From Trichosphaerium sp. ATCC 40318 (lineage: Eukaryota > Protista > Tubulinea), in NCBI GenBank assembly GCA_038496445.1, contig JALMLS010000228.1:543117-607116 (forward strand): a DNA stretch of 64,000 nucleotides, in the 5' to 3' direction. The notes under the pieces are model-generated. The model saw only the letters and a program-made list of their open reading frames with translations, was not told the DNA's origin and did no database searches. Of this stretch, positions 1 to 13,553 are shown in pieces; the stretch's first letter is position 1, and the number at the start of each line of letters is the position of its first letter. The position numbers and the translations under genes are program-made.

Positions 1-899
1 ATACCAGTGGTACCAGTAGATGATGACGGCGCTGATGGTGCAATAGGCTCCATCGTCACTGGTGCAATAGGTTCTGTCGTCACTGGCGCAATAGGTTCTG
101 TCGTTACTGGTGCAATAGGTTGTTCTGTCATTACTGGCGCAATAGGTTCCATTGTACAAGGCATATCACATCCAGAAAGAGGGAATGGATCACCTCTACC
201 GTTTCCTGCTGTATTGTAATTACAAGCTATTGTCGCCCAGCCGTCTAAACACACAAAAGAATTAGCCGACAATTGGTTTTTTTTCAATCTTTTGGTTTTT
301 TGTACTTTTTATGTTTATACCGCATCCAAGCTTTGTAGAGGTTGCCCACATGACTTGAGTGTAGTGACCTCCTCCCGTATTACAAGGTGTTGACTCTTCG
401 CTTACCCAACCGTCAAAATGATCTTTGATGGTAAAAAAAGGCCTAACAATCATAAACAAAGTTGATAAACGATTTGCGAATTTTTTTTTTTGATTTGGAA
501 ATGTACCAACTTCCTCCTGCTATGTTTTCTCCTACGCTACCTACGCCGCCAACACGTTCAAAATCAGCTTCGCTGTTAGGGTTGTGGCCTGTATTTCCGG
601 CGTCAAGCCAATTTTGAGCCACCGTTTCTAGTTTATCATCCCATGTCATTGCTACAACACAGCGTGATGCTCTGTTCGTATTTGTTTGTAAGTTCATGTA
701 ACATTATTTGTCTTACACGTTTTTTCGAAAAAGTTTTGATTTACCTCTTCTCGTTGTGGAGATTGAGAAGCTCTTCGCGTTGTTCTGTTGTTAGAGCAGA
801 TAAACAGAGTGTTACTAAAGCGAATAGAACGATACAAACTAAGTTTAGGTTACATCAATAAAGACAGCAGTAATTTATACCTATTGTTAACGTTGACAT
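1..899 (-). CDS. CAP/SCP (PR-1/CRISP-like) secreted protein with Pro/Thr-rich tail; multi-exon, runs off the window start
   Basis: Exons give a hydrophobic leader, ELLNLHNEKR, MTWDDKLETVAQNW, GENIA, GHYTQVMWATSTKLGCG and IACNYNTAGN (CAP signature motifs), then EPIAPVTT repeats. ATG at 899. Confidence 0.88.
36..152 (-). repeat. 27-30 bp coding tandem repeat (EPIAPVT(T/M)), about 5 units
   Basis: ggtgcaataggttctgtcgtcact-type units repeat directly. Confidence 0.85.
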
Positions 900-1503
900 T
901 GGCGAGCTGCTGTTGGTATGTCACAACTTTTTATTTGTGTATACGCTCACAATATTAATAACCAGAAAAGGGTACTACGCTTGATCGCGGTAGTCCTTAT
1001 TGTAAACAAGATTACAACGCCGTGACATGCCAACAAGGCAACGCAGATCAAAAATAGTGAAACAGAAGGTGCACGTTTTTTCTGAACGCTTTAATAATAC
1101 GAAGACAGCGCACAAGATGCGTATTATACCAAAATCAAGCACTTTATATTGTTGAAGTTTGTTTTTGTTGTTCGCAATCACGTGACACAAATCTATTAAA
1201 CGTGAAAAGTAAAAAATTAACCACAAAAACCTCAGTTAACCAAAAGCAATACTGCATAAGTGTTCTGTACGACTGGATTTTTTGTACAGATATTTAAACA
1301 GCTTTATGAATCAGGAATAATTGGTTCTAAAAAAGCGAAGAATGATTATGTTTCTAATTTAGTGGCAACACTATAAGATAACTCCATCTTTATCGCAACA
1401 GTCACAAAGCACTCTGGTAATAAATGAGACGTCTTACTTGTGTGACGATAGTTTCAGCAATGGGTACACGTTGTCAACCCACAGATTAAAAAGAATAAAA
1501 CGT

Positions 1504-4500
1504 TTATTTCTTTACCTTCTTCTTGTAGTGGTAACCTTGTGCCCACCAATTGCGTACAGATGTCTCGTTTGCTCTCTCTTTTGTATGCTTTTTCTTACGT
1601 AATTTCATACCATGTTTAGCAATCTCTCCAAGCAATGCCCTGTGTGAAGTTGTTGCTTTTGGAATTGCTAAAAAATAGTCAGTGAAAAGACTTAAAAAAA
1701 GGTTCGTACGTTTTCTTTCGATTACTTCTTGCTCCACAATACGTGACATTGGTGGTGGTGGAGGTGGTGGAGGAGCTTGCAGCTGGGTCTCTATCATATC
1801 AATACTGATGACTTTACTGTGTTTGGCGCCAAGAATTTTTGTGTAGAGCAGTTTGGCCTTCTTAAGATGTTCTTTCCTACAATTGTTGTCAAAAAAAAAC
1901 AAGCTCAAATGTATGATTGTAATAACTTACGCTTCATCTCTTTGTCCGGCTGCTATCTTCATATTACCCAAACGCAAATACACATCTGCTGTCTGAATAC
2001 TTTCAGCTCCATAGACAGTAGTAACAAGCGATAAACCCTGTAATTAATTAATATTCGCAAAGTTTTGTCCAAAAAATAGTCACGTGAAAGCACTTCTACG
2101 TACTTCCAAACCATATTTTTCAGCAGTTTCGAATTGCTCTTGGAATTGATACAACAAAAAGAGGTAGTAAACAGTTTGTGCCACACGACTGTGGAATGAA
2201 CCTAATTTTTCTCTTCGGATTGCCAATGCGCGAAGTAAGCACTTCTCAGCTTTTTCGAACTCAACTCTTTCAGTGTATAGCGATCCCAATCTGTTCAATG
2301 TTCTTGCCGTATTAATGTGCTCACCTAAAGTAGCTTCTTGGACTTTGAGAGCTTTCAGGAACCTCTTTTCAGCTTTGTCACTAGAATACGCTTTTGACGA
2401 ATCCTTCTTCTTCTAAACAATAAACTGTTAGTGCAGGCTTTGCTTTTGGTTACGAACCGATAGTTCTTCTGGTTTAAGTAAGTAGAAACAACCAAGCTCA
2501 TAAACAACGTCACTTGTACGAGGATGGTTAGGACCCATCTTATCAATACAAATACGAAGTGCATTTTTGAGAACTTTCTTTGCCTCAACAAACTTTTTGT
2601 TTGCCAAGTAATGGCGCCCAAGTTCGATCTAAAAGAGGGTTATAACATGTCAAATGTGATTTAATAGTATAGAATTGACATACTAATACACCAGCCATAC
2701 TAAAGTGTGATGGACCAAAGGTGTTCTCAATTATTGAGAGAGCCTGTTCGCCACATTTCAATGCCGCAGCACGTTTTTTCAAATGATCATACACAGGAAT
2801 CAAGTTCTTAAGCGTCTAGAGATAAAAGTATAAGTGACGGCCAAACACATAGATTAGGATTTACTTGCCTGTGCTACACGAGAGTGTGTGCCACCAAGAA
2901 CTTGTTTTCGGATTCGCAAAGATTCCTCCAGCACCTTTTGTGCTTTGGCATAATTTTGTTGATTAATGTACATAACACCGAGTCTGTTGAGTACAGTTGC
3001 AACATCTGGATCATTAGCGCCCTTGTGAAATAACTTAATATAATGATCATCTACCATGTATTTCTTACCTTTTCTTTCTTGTAACGATCAAGTGCTTCAG
3101 TGAGCATCTCTTCAGCTTTTTGGAATTGAGCTCGAGCTAATAAAGCCTAGCGTTCACTTAATACCCAATAACTTCTACTCTGTGCTTACCTTTGCAATAG
3201 AGTAATCTGTACGCGCAACATCGAGTGGTTGAGAGCTGATAACTGCGTGAGCTCGAGGTAAAACCAAACATCACAAAAAACGAACCTGACTTCGAAATAA
3301 TGTCTTGCTCGCAAATAGATTTCTTCACATCCTTCGTATTTCGCTATTTCTTCCAAGAAAGAACCTACCTTGTAAAACAACTTGCCAACGATAACATCTA
3401 AACCTATGAGTAAGTATACTTCATGGAATACTAAAAAGAGAACCGTTTGGAAAAGAGTCTCCTCTGTTAAGAGATTGTCTATATGCGTCCACAACATCTA
3501 TAGAAGAATTGGCTTCAATTGCTCTCCAGTAGCGGAATAGATCGTATTTATGCTCTTGAGTAAACAGCTTTACGAATAGCCTACAACACTATTAACGTTG
3601 ATTCATATTAAGAAGTTTTCAATACCGTAAATTAGTGAGAACATCTTTGAGTTTGAAAAAGTCAGAACACTTTTCGAGTTGCCTAAACAGTCAATCATGT
3701 TAATACACATCTTAACAACAAGTACATACCAAGGTATTTCCTCAACTTTGCGCATTGTGATACCTTCTGTGTTCTTTTCAAAGAATACGGCTAACATCTT
3801 GTTAGTTGTTTGATTATAAATATTAAGTCCGTACCAAGGTCTTCGTGAACTTGTTTCTTATTTGATTCGTTCTTCATGTAACGTACACCGACAGCACTCC
3901 TGATATCTTCGTTAGAGAAGTTAAGTAATCCTCCTGAGTTGAATAGCAAATCTTCAACTACAGAATAAAGCGAAGACCACTCTGATATATCAATGCCTGT
4001 CAAACATGTTAACATCTAGTAAACGTTTCCTTTGTTACCTTTAGCAGTTAAGAGTGGGCCAAGTTCATTTTCCAAGTGCAGACCCCGTCTAGAACCCCAT
4101 ATGTACGACTGAAACAATGAGGATTAGATCTTTCTGAGGACTATTACTTACCATAAAGTATTGTACGATTCCCTTTCTCTTTGAGTCATAATCATGTTCT
4201 AAGCGCTCGAGTACAATCTCGTATAGCTCACTCGCAGAGGCAGCACGAAGATTTCGACTATAAACGGTCAGTAGGCGAGTAAATCGCAAAATGAAAATCA
4301 TACCAGATACGTTCGTCTAGCTTTTCAAAGTGACCCCACACAGATATATCTTCAAGTAGAGTCTAGCGAATATGTTTAAAACAGAACAATAAACTTTTGT
4401 GTAGATTACCTGTAGGTATCGGGGGATGCCAGTCTGCTTGACTTTTGCAATTTTAAATTCTTGCTCTTCTGATAGCTTCTTGCTGTTCAAATCCAAACAC

Positions 4501-7500
4501 TTTCTAATGAATGCGATCCTATCTGCTTCTTCCAATGGCTCCATATTCAACACTTCATAACCTCTCTTTACTATCGCATTCATAGCTTTTCCTGGCGCTA
4601 CAGCTAGAATGACACGAACAATAGGTGGAAATTGCATTGGAAACCAAAGCATCTCAGAAGCATTTCCGAAATCATCTAAACGATCTAGACCATCTATAAC
4701 GATAACCAACCGCTTCCTCTTATTGCCTACAACATGTCAATTATTTCGAAAAAATCGAATGGTTAGCGTACGGTTCAAGGTGCGTTCAAGCCAGTGAGGA
4801 AACTCTGCGGTCAAAAGGTCTGGGTTTGAAGGAATATCTTTTGTGAAATCCTGTAATGCGTCTTGCACTTCGTTCATGATTCTGGGGTTCATTAGACTAG
4901 TAAAAACGTGTATAGTTTACCTGGTTAGTAAGCTAATATAATTTGAGGACGAGGAAGAACAACTGATATAATGTTCTATTACAATCTCTTCCTGGCGGTG
5001 CGCTACGAGGGAATAACAGTTAGCATAGTTTTTTTAACATGCGTATCATCTAATTACCTCTAAATCTTTGAGTCCAATTTGCGAGCAACGCCGATTTACC
5101 AAGACCACTCTAAACAACATTAGTATTTGTAATGTATTTTCACGTGTTTAAAATTGATTACCTCTCCAATAACAACAAAAGGAGTAGAAGTATTACTTGA
5201 TGTATATTTATCTAATAATAAAAAGTATTTTTCTTGAGGTAAATAAACACGTGTCAAACGTCTGCTGTAAGAACGATGTCTGAATTTTTCCTTCTTCAAA
5301 GGATCCAATTTTACACCTGAAAGGAATTAGTGAACAACTTAAAAGCTGTCAACGTACCCTCAGGGTAGTGACGGTTGATGTAAGTTGTCAAATGGTCTTC
5401 AAGCAACTCTGATAAATGGCTTGGTCTAAAATGATGTGAGCAACTGTAGATGGCCGAAGACGCACCTGTGGTACTCATAGCACGCTGTAGGTCCACCTGA
5501 TACTTCTTTTTTGAGGCTGTTCAGTTTTTGAAGTTGCTCTCCTCCTTCAGAAACGAACAAAGCTCTGTCCTTCTCAGGTACACTAAAAGAATACAAAGTT
5601 AAGGCGTACTTTAAAATACTTGCTTTGCTACGTACGCTTCAACATAATATTCATCTCGTAGATAGAACATACTAGATTTTTCAGGGCCAGTATAGTGGTT
5701 ACCCAGAATCTAGTAGGAATGAGATGTGAAGTTTAAAAAACTCAAAAATATCAGTACCATTCTCCACTCAATCTCTGTGACTGATCTGTCTTTGTAGTTT
5801 CTTATCCATGGGAAATCACGTGCTGCAAGATCGATTGAACGATTCAGTAGTTTATCTTGGGCTGTAGGATTCTGGTAACTCTTGGAAGATAGACACCAGC
5901 CATAACGTGCACCGTAGAGTCCCAAAAAGATGTTTGACTTTTGAATTTCACGAAGACACATAAGAAGAGTAGCTGCTTGTTCAGTAGCATTTTCCGTAAC
6001 GCCCCTATTGATTGGGTTTACAACAAACCTCAAGAAGAAAATTGCGTTCGTACCAACGAAGATCAACGACTGTCAAGAAAGCTTCACGCTCCATGCACTT
6101 ACGACGTAATTTTGGAATAATATGCTTAACGATTGAATCTCGCTCTGCTTGGAAATCCTATACACTTAAATGAGGGATATAGTAAAGAGTATAGATGTAA
6201 AATGACAGTACCTTGAATGGAGAAGATATAAAGATTTTAATCTCTCTATCTGGATCTGCAACTCCTTCGATAACTTTCGACTGATTGTTAGCTACATGCT
6301 CAATAGCTCTATTAACATTATTCTGGAATGTTTGTCCGTTGTTGTGCATTAGTGCAGGTTGGGTTTTTGGAAGAGGAGCTACGTATTCGTTCACTTAAGG
6401 AAATTAGAATAAATGTATTGTAACTGTACTTACCTTCCATCTCAAGGCCATATTGAGCGCCAGTTTGTATACCAATGGATTTTAACAAGTTGATCTCATT
6501 CTGCAATTGAGAAATGCTTCTCATCATATTCTTCACGTGAGATATAGCAACGGGGTCACCAAGTTTAGTAACTGAGTTCCCATCTGAAAATTACACTCAA
6601 TTATGAACCTAAAATACAAAGACTTCACAAACATACCATAGAACGTGAATAGCACACTGCCACTGTATGTTCTTCCGCCATCTACTGATACTGCTACATG
6701 TACTGGTTTAGGCTAAACAATCTCCGTTAGTAAGCTACATCAGGGACACTATTGTCAGGTACCAATATCCGTCTAGAGCGGGTGTCAACTTTAACCTAAC
6801 CGTTGTACTTGAGTGCTTGAGTAATGACATTAGATAAAAGTACCAGTATATTAGATGAAGCATGCCATTCAACGTCTGTAAAGACATGTTTGCCAAACTT
6901 AACTTTTGTGTTTTTCGACGGTTTAAAATTTAAACCGTACAAACTGACGTGGTACACGCCAGATATTGGGCCTTTTGGAGGAACAACAAGGTTCACACAA
7001 CAAACTAGGGAGTGTCAAATCGTAGTTGTTGTGTTGTTTTTCACCGAAGAGTTGTTTGGTGAGTAAGTCGTACCATTGCTGGTAGATGCGTGTATCTTAG
7101 CGATTACTGCCTTTTTCTGTTCTGGCTTTTTGCTTTCTTTCTTTTCATGCGAAAGGAGTGCCTTAGTAACGTATTCAGGCGTAACTGTACTGTTTTAGTC
7201 GGTTTAAAGATGTTTGAAACGTACTTATTTGTACGCCAAGCTTTTTGGCACTTGTTATTTTGAATCCACCTTCTTTGAGTGTACGCGCAGGAGTTACAAG
7301 GTGAGTGACCTATAACTTGTCAGTTTAATTTTAGCTTTTTGCGTACAGACGATCCAAACACAAGTGCTGTGGTACCACCATGTTTGGTTATTAATTTTGT
7401 CAACGTTTGCTGGTCACTCAAGCTAATGTTGTGAAAATTAACAACAGCACCTTCAAAAGGGCGTGAAAGTGACCCGGAGGCCTGTTGGCGTGTTTGAAGG

Positions 7501-7505
7501 CGCAT
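1504..7505 (-). CDS. NPHP3/TEP1-like STAND protein: BRCT - IPT/TIG - coiled coil - DUF4062 - NACHT - TPR - polyPro - WH2-like; many short introns
   Basis: BRCT-like LTKLITKHGG..VTHLV..AKKLGVQI.TPEYV; IPT-like PPKGPISG..VSLYGLNF..VKFG; DUF4062 IKIFISSPFKDFQAERD..VDLRW and IFLGLYGARYGW..SVTEIE; Walker A GESGLGKS; Walker B VIVIDGLD; TPRs DVATVLNRLG/ARTLNRLG; PPPPPPPP then RALLGEIAKHGMKLRK. Confidence 0.87.
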
Positions 7506-7689
7506 TACGTTTGCTCAGAAAGTACTAATTGATTGAACTTCGCTTAACGGTTTTTTTCTGGAAATTCGCAATGCCTGACTTAAGTTTTATCCAACACGTA
7601 ATACGAACCCTCAAAGGTAAAATGTTTGGTTTCATTAACCCTGGCCATGTTTATTTGGCTGAGAATGTAAAAAAAATGTATCACAGCTT

Positions 7690-9600
7690 TAAATGAAACA
7701 CGACATGTCTTCATAGTTTCTCACAACGTGGGATAAACTGCCGTCTGTCATTTCATTTACTTTGACTATGTCAAGTGAAGAAAGTTTGAAGGCAGTTGGT
7801 GGCACAAATAAAAAGAACAAAGGCAATGTTATAGACGAAAAACAATTTATTATGGTACAGTAATTGATAATAGTCAGAAGCGTTGAGTATTTTGTAAAAA
7901 TGAATAAATTATTTGAACGTTGCACACCCTGACTTGTAGGTACATACATAAACAGAAAGTTATTGTCCTGAATTAAAAAAAAGAATGATAATACGTACCG
8001 CAAAAGAATCAAAAGAGAAATCCAAAGGTGGAACATAAAAATAAAGTAAGTATTTGATAGAAAAAAAAAGAAGCTAAGACATACCGATTGCAAAGCAATC
8101 GTAAAAGCAGTGCCATGAGTGAATACCAAGAGGCAATGCCTACAGTACGTGGCAATAGGAATTCCAAGATTGGGTGCCAAGAGGGAACGCCAAGAGTGAG
8201 AACATAAATAAAGTTAGCACTTGATTAATAAAAATAAAGTTAGGTAGATACAAAAAACAAAGAAAGGTAAGACGTACCGATTGCAAAGCAATCGAAAGAT
8301 CATGCCAAAAGTGAGCGCCAAGAGTGAATACCAAGACCAAGTACCTAGAACGTAAGCAAATTGTATAATGTATTTTATTTTTTGGAAGCTATTTCAGGTT
8401 ATTGAAGAAGAGCTATTTCAAAGAAGTGCTATTTAAAGAAGTGCTAATTTAAGAAGTGCTATAAGATCCTATGACAAAAGGAGTTAGCAACGAAGGCGGC
8501 ACTAAGTGCTACTGAAAAGCTTTGTCTCGGATGTTGCAAAAATGTCTCTCAGAGAGGGCTTGTTTGTCAGGAAAATTCGCTATGCATGAACTAGCAAGCC
8601 CCATCGTCAACTAGGTGTTGTGCAGTGAGGTCTGAGCTAGCAGTAGTGCTAGGTGACAAGTATTTTAGTAACGCTCTCGCACCTCCCCGACCCTACTTTC
8701 TAGGTGAAACTCTTATCGCCTCTATTGGAATGTGTCCTGAGCCAAACGGATACTATATTCTAAAGCTCTCTCGTGCCCTGGCTTGCTGAAAGATTGAAGA
8801 CTATTCGCTACCAATTTTAAGACCTTAGCAGACTTTGTGTTCAGTTGTGTTAGAACAAGGCCTCTATCGAACCACCACATGAGGACAGGTATTGGCTGCT
8901 ACAAAATAAAAGACTCAGAATCAGTCTGCCCTACTGGTACTACCCTATCCTGCTGCTTTGCCTTTTGACTCGGGTTTATACCGTGTACATCCTAAAACAC
9001 AAAAGACACGTACAGCAAGTCCAAAATTGCTTCTGATAGACATAACAATTTCTCTGCACTTGCAGTTCCTTGCATTGATTTCTGAAGCCCACATGGATGC
9101 TTCAAAGCAAGAAGCCAAGCAGATGTGAGGAAAAAAAGTAGAATTCTAAAGACATGTTCACGTGAAACGTGCTTAAACCCAGTATTGACGTGCCTCTGAT
9201 TTGTCACAAGATGGATAATTATGCCTGAGTACTTTCTACGCAGAATTAGCGTATAACCAATAACAGTTTTGAAATTTCAATGATACCTGCCCAGTTATCT
9301 TTTGAAACTTTCGATATTGTTTATTGCACTTGTGTTGAGCCCAATACAAACAAGCTGGTTACAATGAGCCTTGGTACGGAGTTGCTGGCTATGTGGAAGA
9401 GAATTGTATTGAAGTGTTTGAATCCTACTTCACGTGGTATTTGAGTACCAAATAGCACGTGAAGCATGTATAATGAGTCGTTGTTCAAATCCTTGTGCAA
9501 GAAAGGGTGGGTGTTAGTTTATCGTTGTTGTTACTGCAACGCGAGGGTTTTCACGTGAGTTTTGTGATTGGAAAAATAGCAAAACAAAACAAATATGTTG
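7690..9600 (-). repeat. Dispersed modular repeat family, copy A
   Basis: Reverse complement matches 16480-18105 and 43700-46590 in a 5' block (aaataccacgtgaag...caccaaggctc), a central block (tcataggatcttatagcacttct...) and an end block (gtttatcccac..gagaaactatgaagac). Confidence 0.85.
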
Positions 9601-9969
9601 CCAAAGAAATTACATTTCTATGGAATAAGTGTAAATATGGTCAATAACGGATTAACAGTCCTATTTTTGTTCGCCGCATAGTATTTAGTTCGTATTCCGC
9701 GTTAACTTCTTTGATTTAACTAGCGACAACTACGTCATAAGTGAAAGGCTAGGTAGTGTTTAACTGCCAACGCTACTTTGTGAAAAAAAACTACACGTCA
9801 TTCTGCAATTTTCACTCTTACGGGTTTAGGGATTGAGGACTGTGGAAAGAAATATTGAAACGCGCTATTCCTACGTTGAAAATCACACAGCTTCAACTGG
9901 TATCAGGCTCTACTTCATTCTTTATCGAGCATTTCGAGAAATTTAGTGAATTTTATGTTGCACTTTAAC

Positions 9970-11092
9970 TTACAATTTTGGTGCCATTAGCTTCTGGCCT
10001 TCATGCAAGATGTCCAAGACATCAGCATAAATCTCCTTCTTAATAGCAACATAATTATCTCTGTTGGTGTCAATCTTAGCAATCGAGGAGCCAAAAGCAA
10101 TGCTCTTCTCAACAAGAGAGTCGATATCTGCCACTGCATCTACAATACCTGCTTCTAAAGCTTCTTTTGCATTCCACCTCTTGGCAGTCAATGCCTACAA
10201 TTTCGTTTTAATACTTATTCTAGTATAATAAATTATAGTACATACCGTTGTGCGTCGAGTGTTTGGTGTAAGCTTCAACAAAAACGCTCTGTAGTCGTGT
10301 CAACATGGAAATTGCAAAAAACAAGCTTTTTTAAATGACAAACGTACTTGAACGCAGAGAAAGGTAAAGGAATTGCAGCCTCAGGACAGCACCAAAATCC
10401 ACGCTTAGTTCTCATCAGCCTATAATCACAAGCCAGGGCTAAGAATGCACCTGCCCCAAAGGCGTGGCCTACACGTGACTATGAGCCTCTACATCAAAAA
10501 AAAACAATAAAATGACGAATTCATAACTACTCTCAGGCTATGGTAGTACTAAGCATAAGCGTACCATTAATAGCAGCGACTGTAGGGTATGGGAATACGA
10601 GAATCCTGGGATACAGTTAAAAGTTTTTCATTGTTGAACGGGAAATTGACCAATACCAACGATTTTTAGCGCTGAAAAGCCGCGAGGGTTATTTACCTTT
10701 CTAGGACTGTCCAAACAACTTTAACAAAGGCGCCCAAGTCCCCATGCTTCGAAAAGTATTCCAAATCGAGCCTATAAGTCGCTGGTGTTAATTTTACGCG
10801 TTGGTGTGGTTGTTTAACGCACCCATTAGAGAAAAATTTACCCGCACCAGTGATAACCAATGAACATGGTCCTGGGGCTCTCCCTTGCGTCAGATGTTAT
10901 GAAAAACGTAGTTTTCCGTACTGTTCAACTCTATCTAACGCAGCGTGTAACTCCTTTACTAAGGTTGGGTTGAAGGCGTTTTTACCTTCGCTGGTGTAAG
11001 TTTGCGTTATCAACACGTAACTCACCTCTATTTAACGTAATTACCCATACTCTACCGTCAGCAGCGCTAGTAACTTGAATGGAACCACTCAT
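9970..11092 (-). CDS. Crotonase-family enoyl-CoA delta-isomerase/hydratase, probably peroxisomal
   Basis: NAFNPTLVKELHAALD, VITGAGKFFSNG-LDL, PTVAAINGHAFGAGAFLALACDYR, AKEALEAGIVD; C-terminal PKL is PTS1-like. Confidence 0.9.
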
Positions 11093-11197
11093 CGTCGGTT
11101 CAACGTTCAAAAGTGTTTTTGTAGCAATTTATCGAATCACTTGTGGTCGCAACTCGTCTTTTGTATTTGTTACAGCACGGTTTGACTATCGCACGCC
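11093..11197. promoter_or_regulatory. Putative bidirectional promoter (105 bp)
   Basis: Divergent ATGs at 11092 (-) and 11198 (+). Confidence 0.5.
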
Positions 11198-13243
11198 ATG
11201 TTACACAAATTAGCGCTAGTTCTCGCTACTCTTGTAGTGTTTACTTCGTGTCAGACTGTAAAGCGATTCGAAATATTTGAGCTAGCTCTCTCTGGCAGTA
11301 CTTCAGGAAACCCTTTCACGGCACGTTTTTTTTCAAAACAATTTTGATTGCTTCACTTTTACGCCTTGAAAGGGCCAAAATGGTATAAACCGTAAATGAG
11401 CAGCAATAAAAAGCTCTCTTTAACACGTGAGCATAAACGTCTTTTCCGAAAAAAAAAAACTGAAAGAAGTTTACTCTAACCTTTCCAACAGTTGAATGTG
11501 GAGGTGACATTTACTTTGAAAAGTACCATATCTCTATCAGCCTCCAGGTACCCTACGGCGACAGTGACTGCGTTCTACGATGGCAACAACTTCTGGAAAG
11601 TGAGATTCTCTCCTGACACTGAAGGCAAGTCCGCGTAATACAACCATCATTAACAGTGAAAAAGGTACTTGGGATTGGGTTTCAAGCTCAAGTGAATCTT
11701 CTTTAAATGGTCACAAAGGAAGCGTAGCTTGTACACCAAAGAATGCCTCAGCTCACGGTGGCGTAATTGTAGACCCGGAGCACAAACATCACTTTATCTA
11801 CGAAGACGGCACCCGCTACTTTATGATGGGTTATGAAGCAGATTGGCTTTGGGCTCTCGGCCTGCGTGGTGTCAAAACAAACGTAGAGCTCGATAGTTTC
11901 GTAAAAATGACGACATCTTACGGATTCAACCAATACTTGGTAAACGTGTATGCGAACTACAGCAATTGGGGAAAGAAAGTCAGTGCTCCTCCACGCGTTG
12001 CGCCAACTACTCTTACTCCTTGGGGAGACAATGGAAGACTTGACTACAACAGTATGGATCTAACGTACTTTAACCACTTTGATGAGGTAATGGATACACT
12101 CAAAAAGTATGGTGCTGTTTGTCACTTGATGATTACCGTTTGGAATAAAGCTGTACAGTGGCCTGCACATGAAAGTCCTCAAGATGATCTTTTCTGGCGT
12201 TATGTCGCAGCTCGTTACGGTGCTTACTCTAATATTATCTTCGACATATCTAAGGTAGGAAAAGCTCAATATTAACCTCTAATTTTTCGTTATATAGGAA
12301 GCCAACCGCGAAAAAGATTCGTACTGGGCTACTAGGCTACCACTACTCGCCAAATTGAATGCTCATAAGCGTCTCATAACATCTCACACTCACTGTCCGG
12401 ACTGGAGCTATTGCGACTTCATTTCAGCTCAAGTACACAACAACTACTACAATAATATTATCGAATCTCGAAAATCGCATAATATTCCTGTTACCAACGT
12501 GGAAGTGCGTCAATTATTTAAAACAATCCTGCCTTGTCGCTTATTTCGTTATAGTTTTTGTATGAGCAAGGGCCTATCCCTACTTATGGACAACACAGGT
12601 ATTCGTATTTTGTTCTTTCCTGTTTTTTTCACACAAAATAATCAGCCCTGCTATTGTGATGCTTCCTGTCATGTGGTCATTGTACATGGCTGGCGGATAT
12701 GGAGCTTGGTACGTACCCTAGACATACAAGCTAAAGAAAATAAATTAACAATTAATAAAGGTACTACGACGATTCCGCTTGGGATGTTATAACAATGGTA
12801 CGAAAAAGAAAAATCACGTGATTCTTTTTGTTACTTCGTCACAACTAAAATTTTACGTAGGACGAGACTCCAGGTTACAAGTACTGTAAATTGCTGAAAG
12901 AGTTTTTTTCCAACATAAAGTACTGGGAGATGGAACCAAACAACGATTTTGTGAGTGATTATTTGTTCGACGACGTTTTCTCGAACTAATTTTTTTTTAG
13001 ATTTCTTCCACTTCTGGTGATACCGTGTACGGGCTTGCGAGCACTGGAAAAGAGTATATCGCTTTTGCATCTACTAAAAGCACATTTTCTGTCACATTAT
13101 CCCATGTACCATCTGCACTCTCAGCCGAATGGTATGATCCTACGACAGGAAATAGAGTGTCTGCTGGTACTTTGGGAAGTGGTACCCACAAAGTCACCCC
13201 ACCAAGCTCATTTGATCATGAAGCTGTGCTCCATCTACACTAG
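11198..13243 (+). CDS. Secreted DUF5060 + DUF4038 (apiosidase-like glycoside hydrolase) + putative collagen-binding domain protein
   Basis: Signal peptide MLHKLALVLATLVVFTSC, then NPF, FYDGNNFWKVRFSPDTEGTWDW, HFIYEDGTRYFMMG, FWRYVAARYGAYSNIIFD, and C-terminal AEWYDPTTG. Confidence 0.8.
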
Positions 13244-13553
13244 AATAAAGTGTTCTACATAAAAATTCCAACAATTAAAGCTGCGTAAGTAAAACAGGAC
13301 AGAGGTTTAGGCTAGTTTTGGCAAAATGTTTCAAATACTCTACCGACCCCAACGCTACCTAGCTTACGTCGTTTGCCAACCGAGCAGTACGCCAAGAAGC
13401 ATCTCAGCAGCCAATAAAAGAACTTTTATTAGAGTTGCATTATTGGTCTGTTGTGTCGTGTTCAGCGTTGTCCTTTTTACGCGCTTTTGCTACAACAAGC
13501 GTTTATTTGGTCTATTTTATTCTTAAGTAGCAATCGCACACGAGAAGTCCTCC

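Noticed and set aside
7-219. Plus-strand GAIGSVVT repeat ORF
   Set aside because: It is the antisense shadow of the CAP protein's EPIAPVTT repeat.
7689-8340. 163-aa and 66-aa hydrophobic ORFs as membrane proteins
   Set aside because: They are translations of T-rich repeat modules and the frame is not conserved in copies B and C.
7690-9600. Helitron or Fanzor identity for the repeat family
   Set aside because: No terminal hairpin+CTRR end and no Rep/helicase or RuvC motifs recognised.
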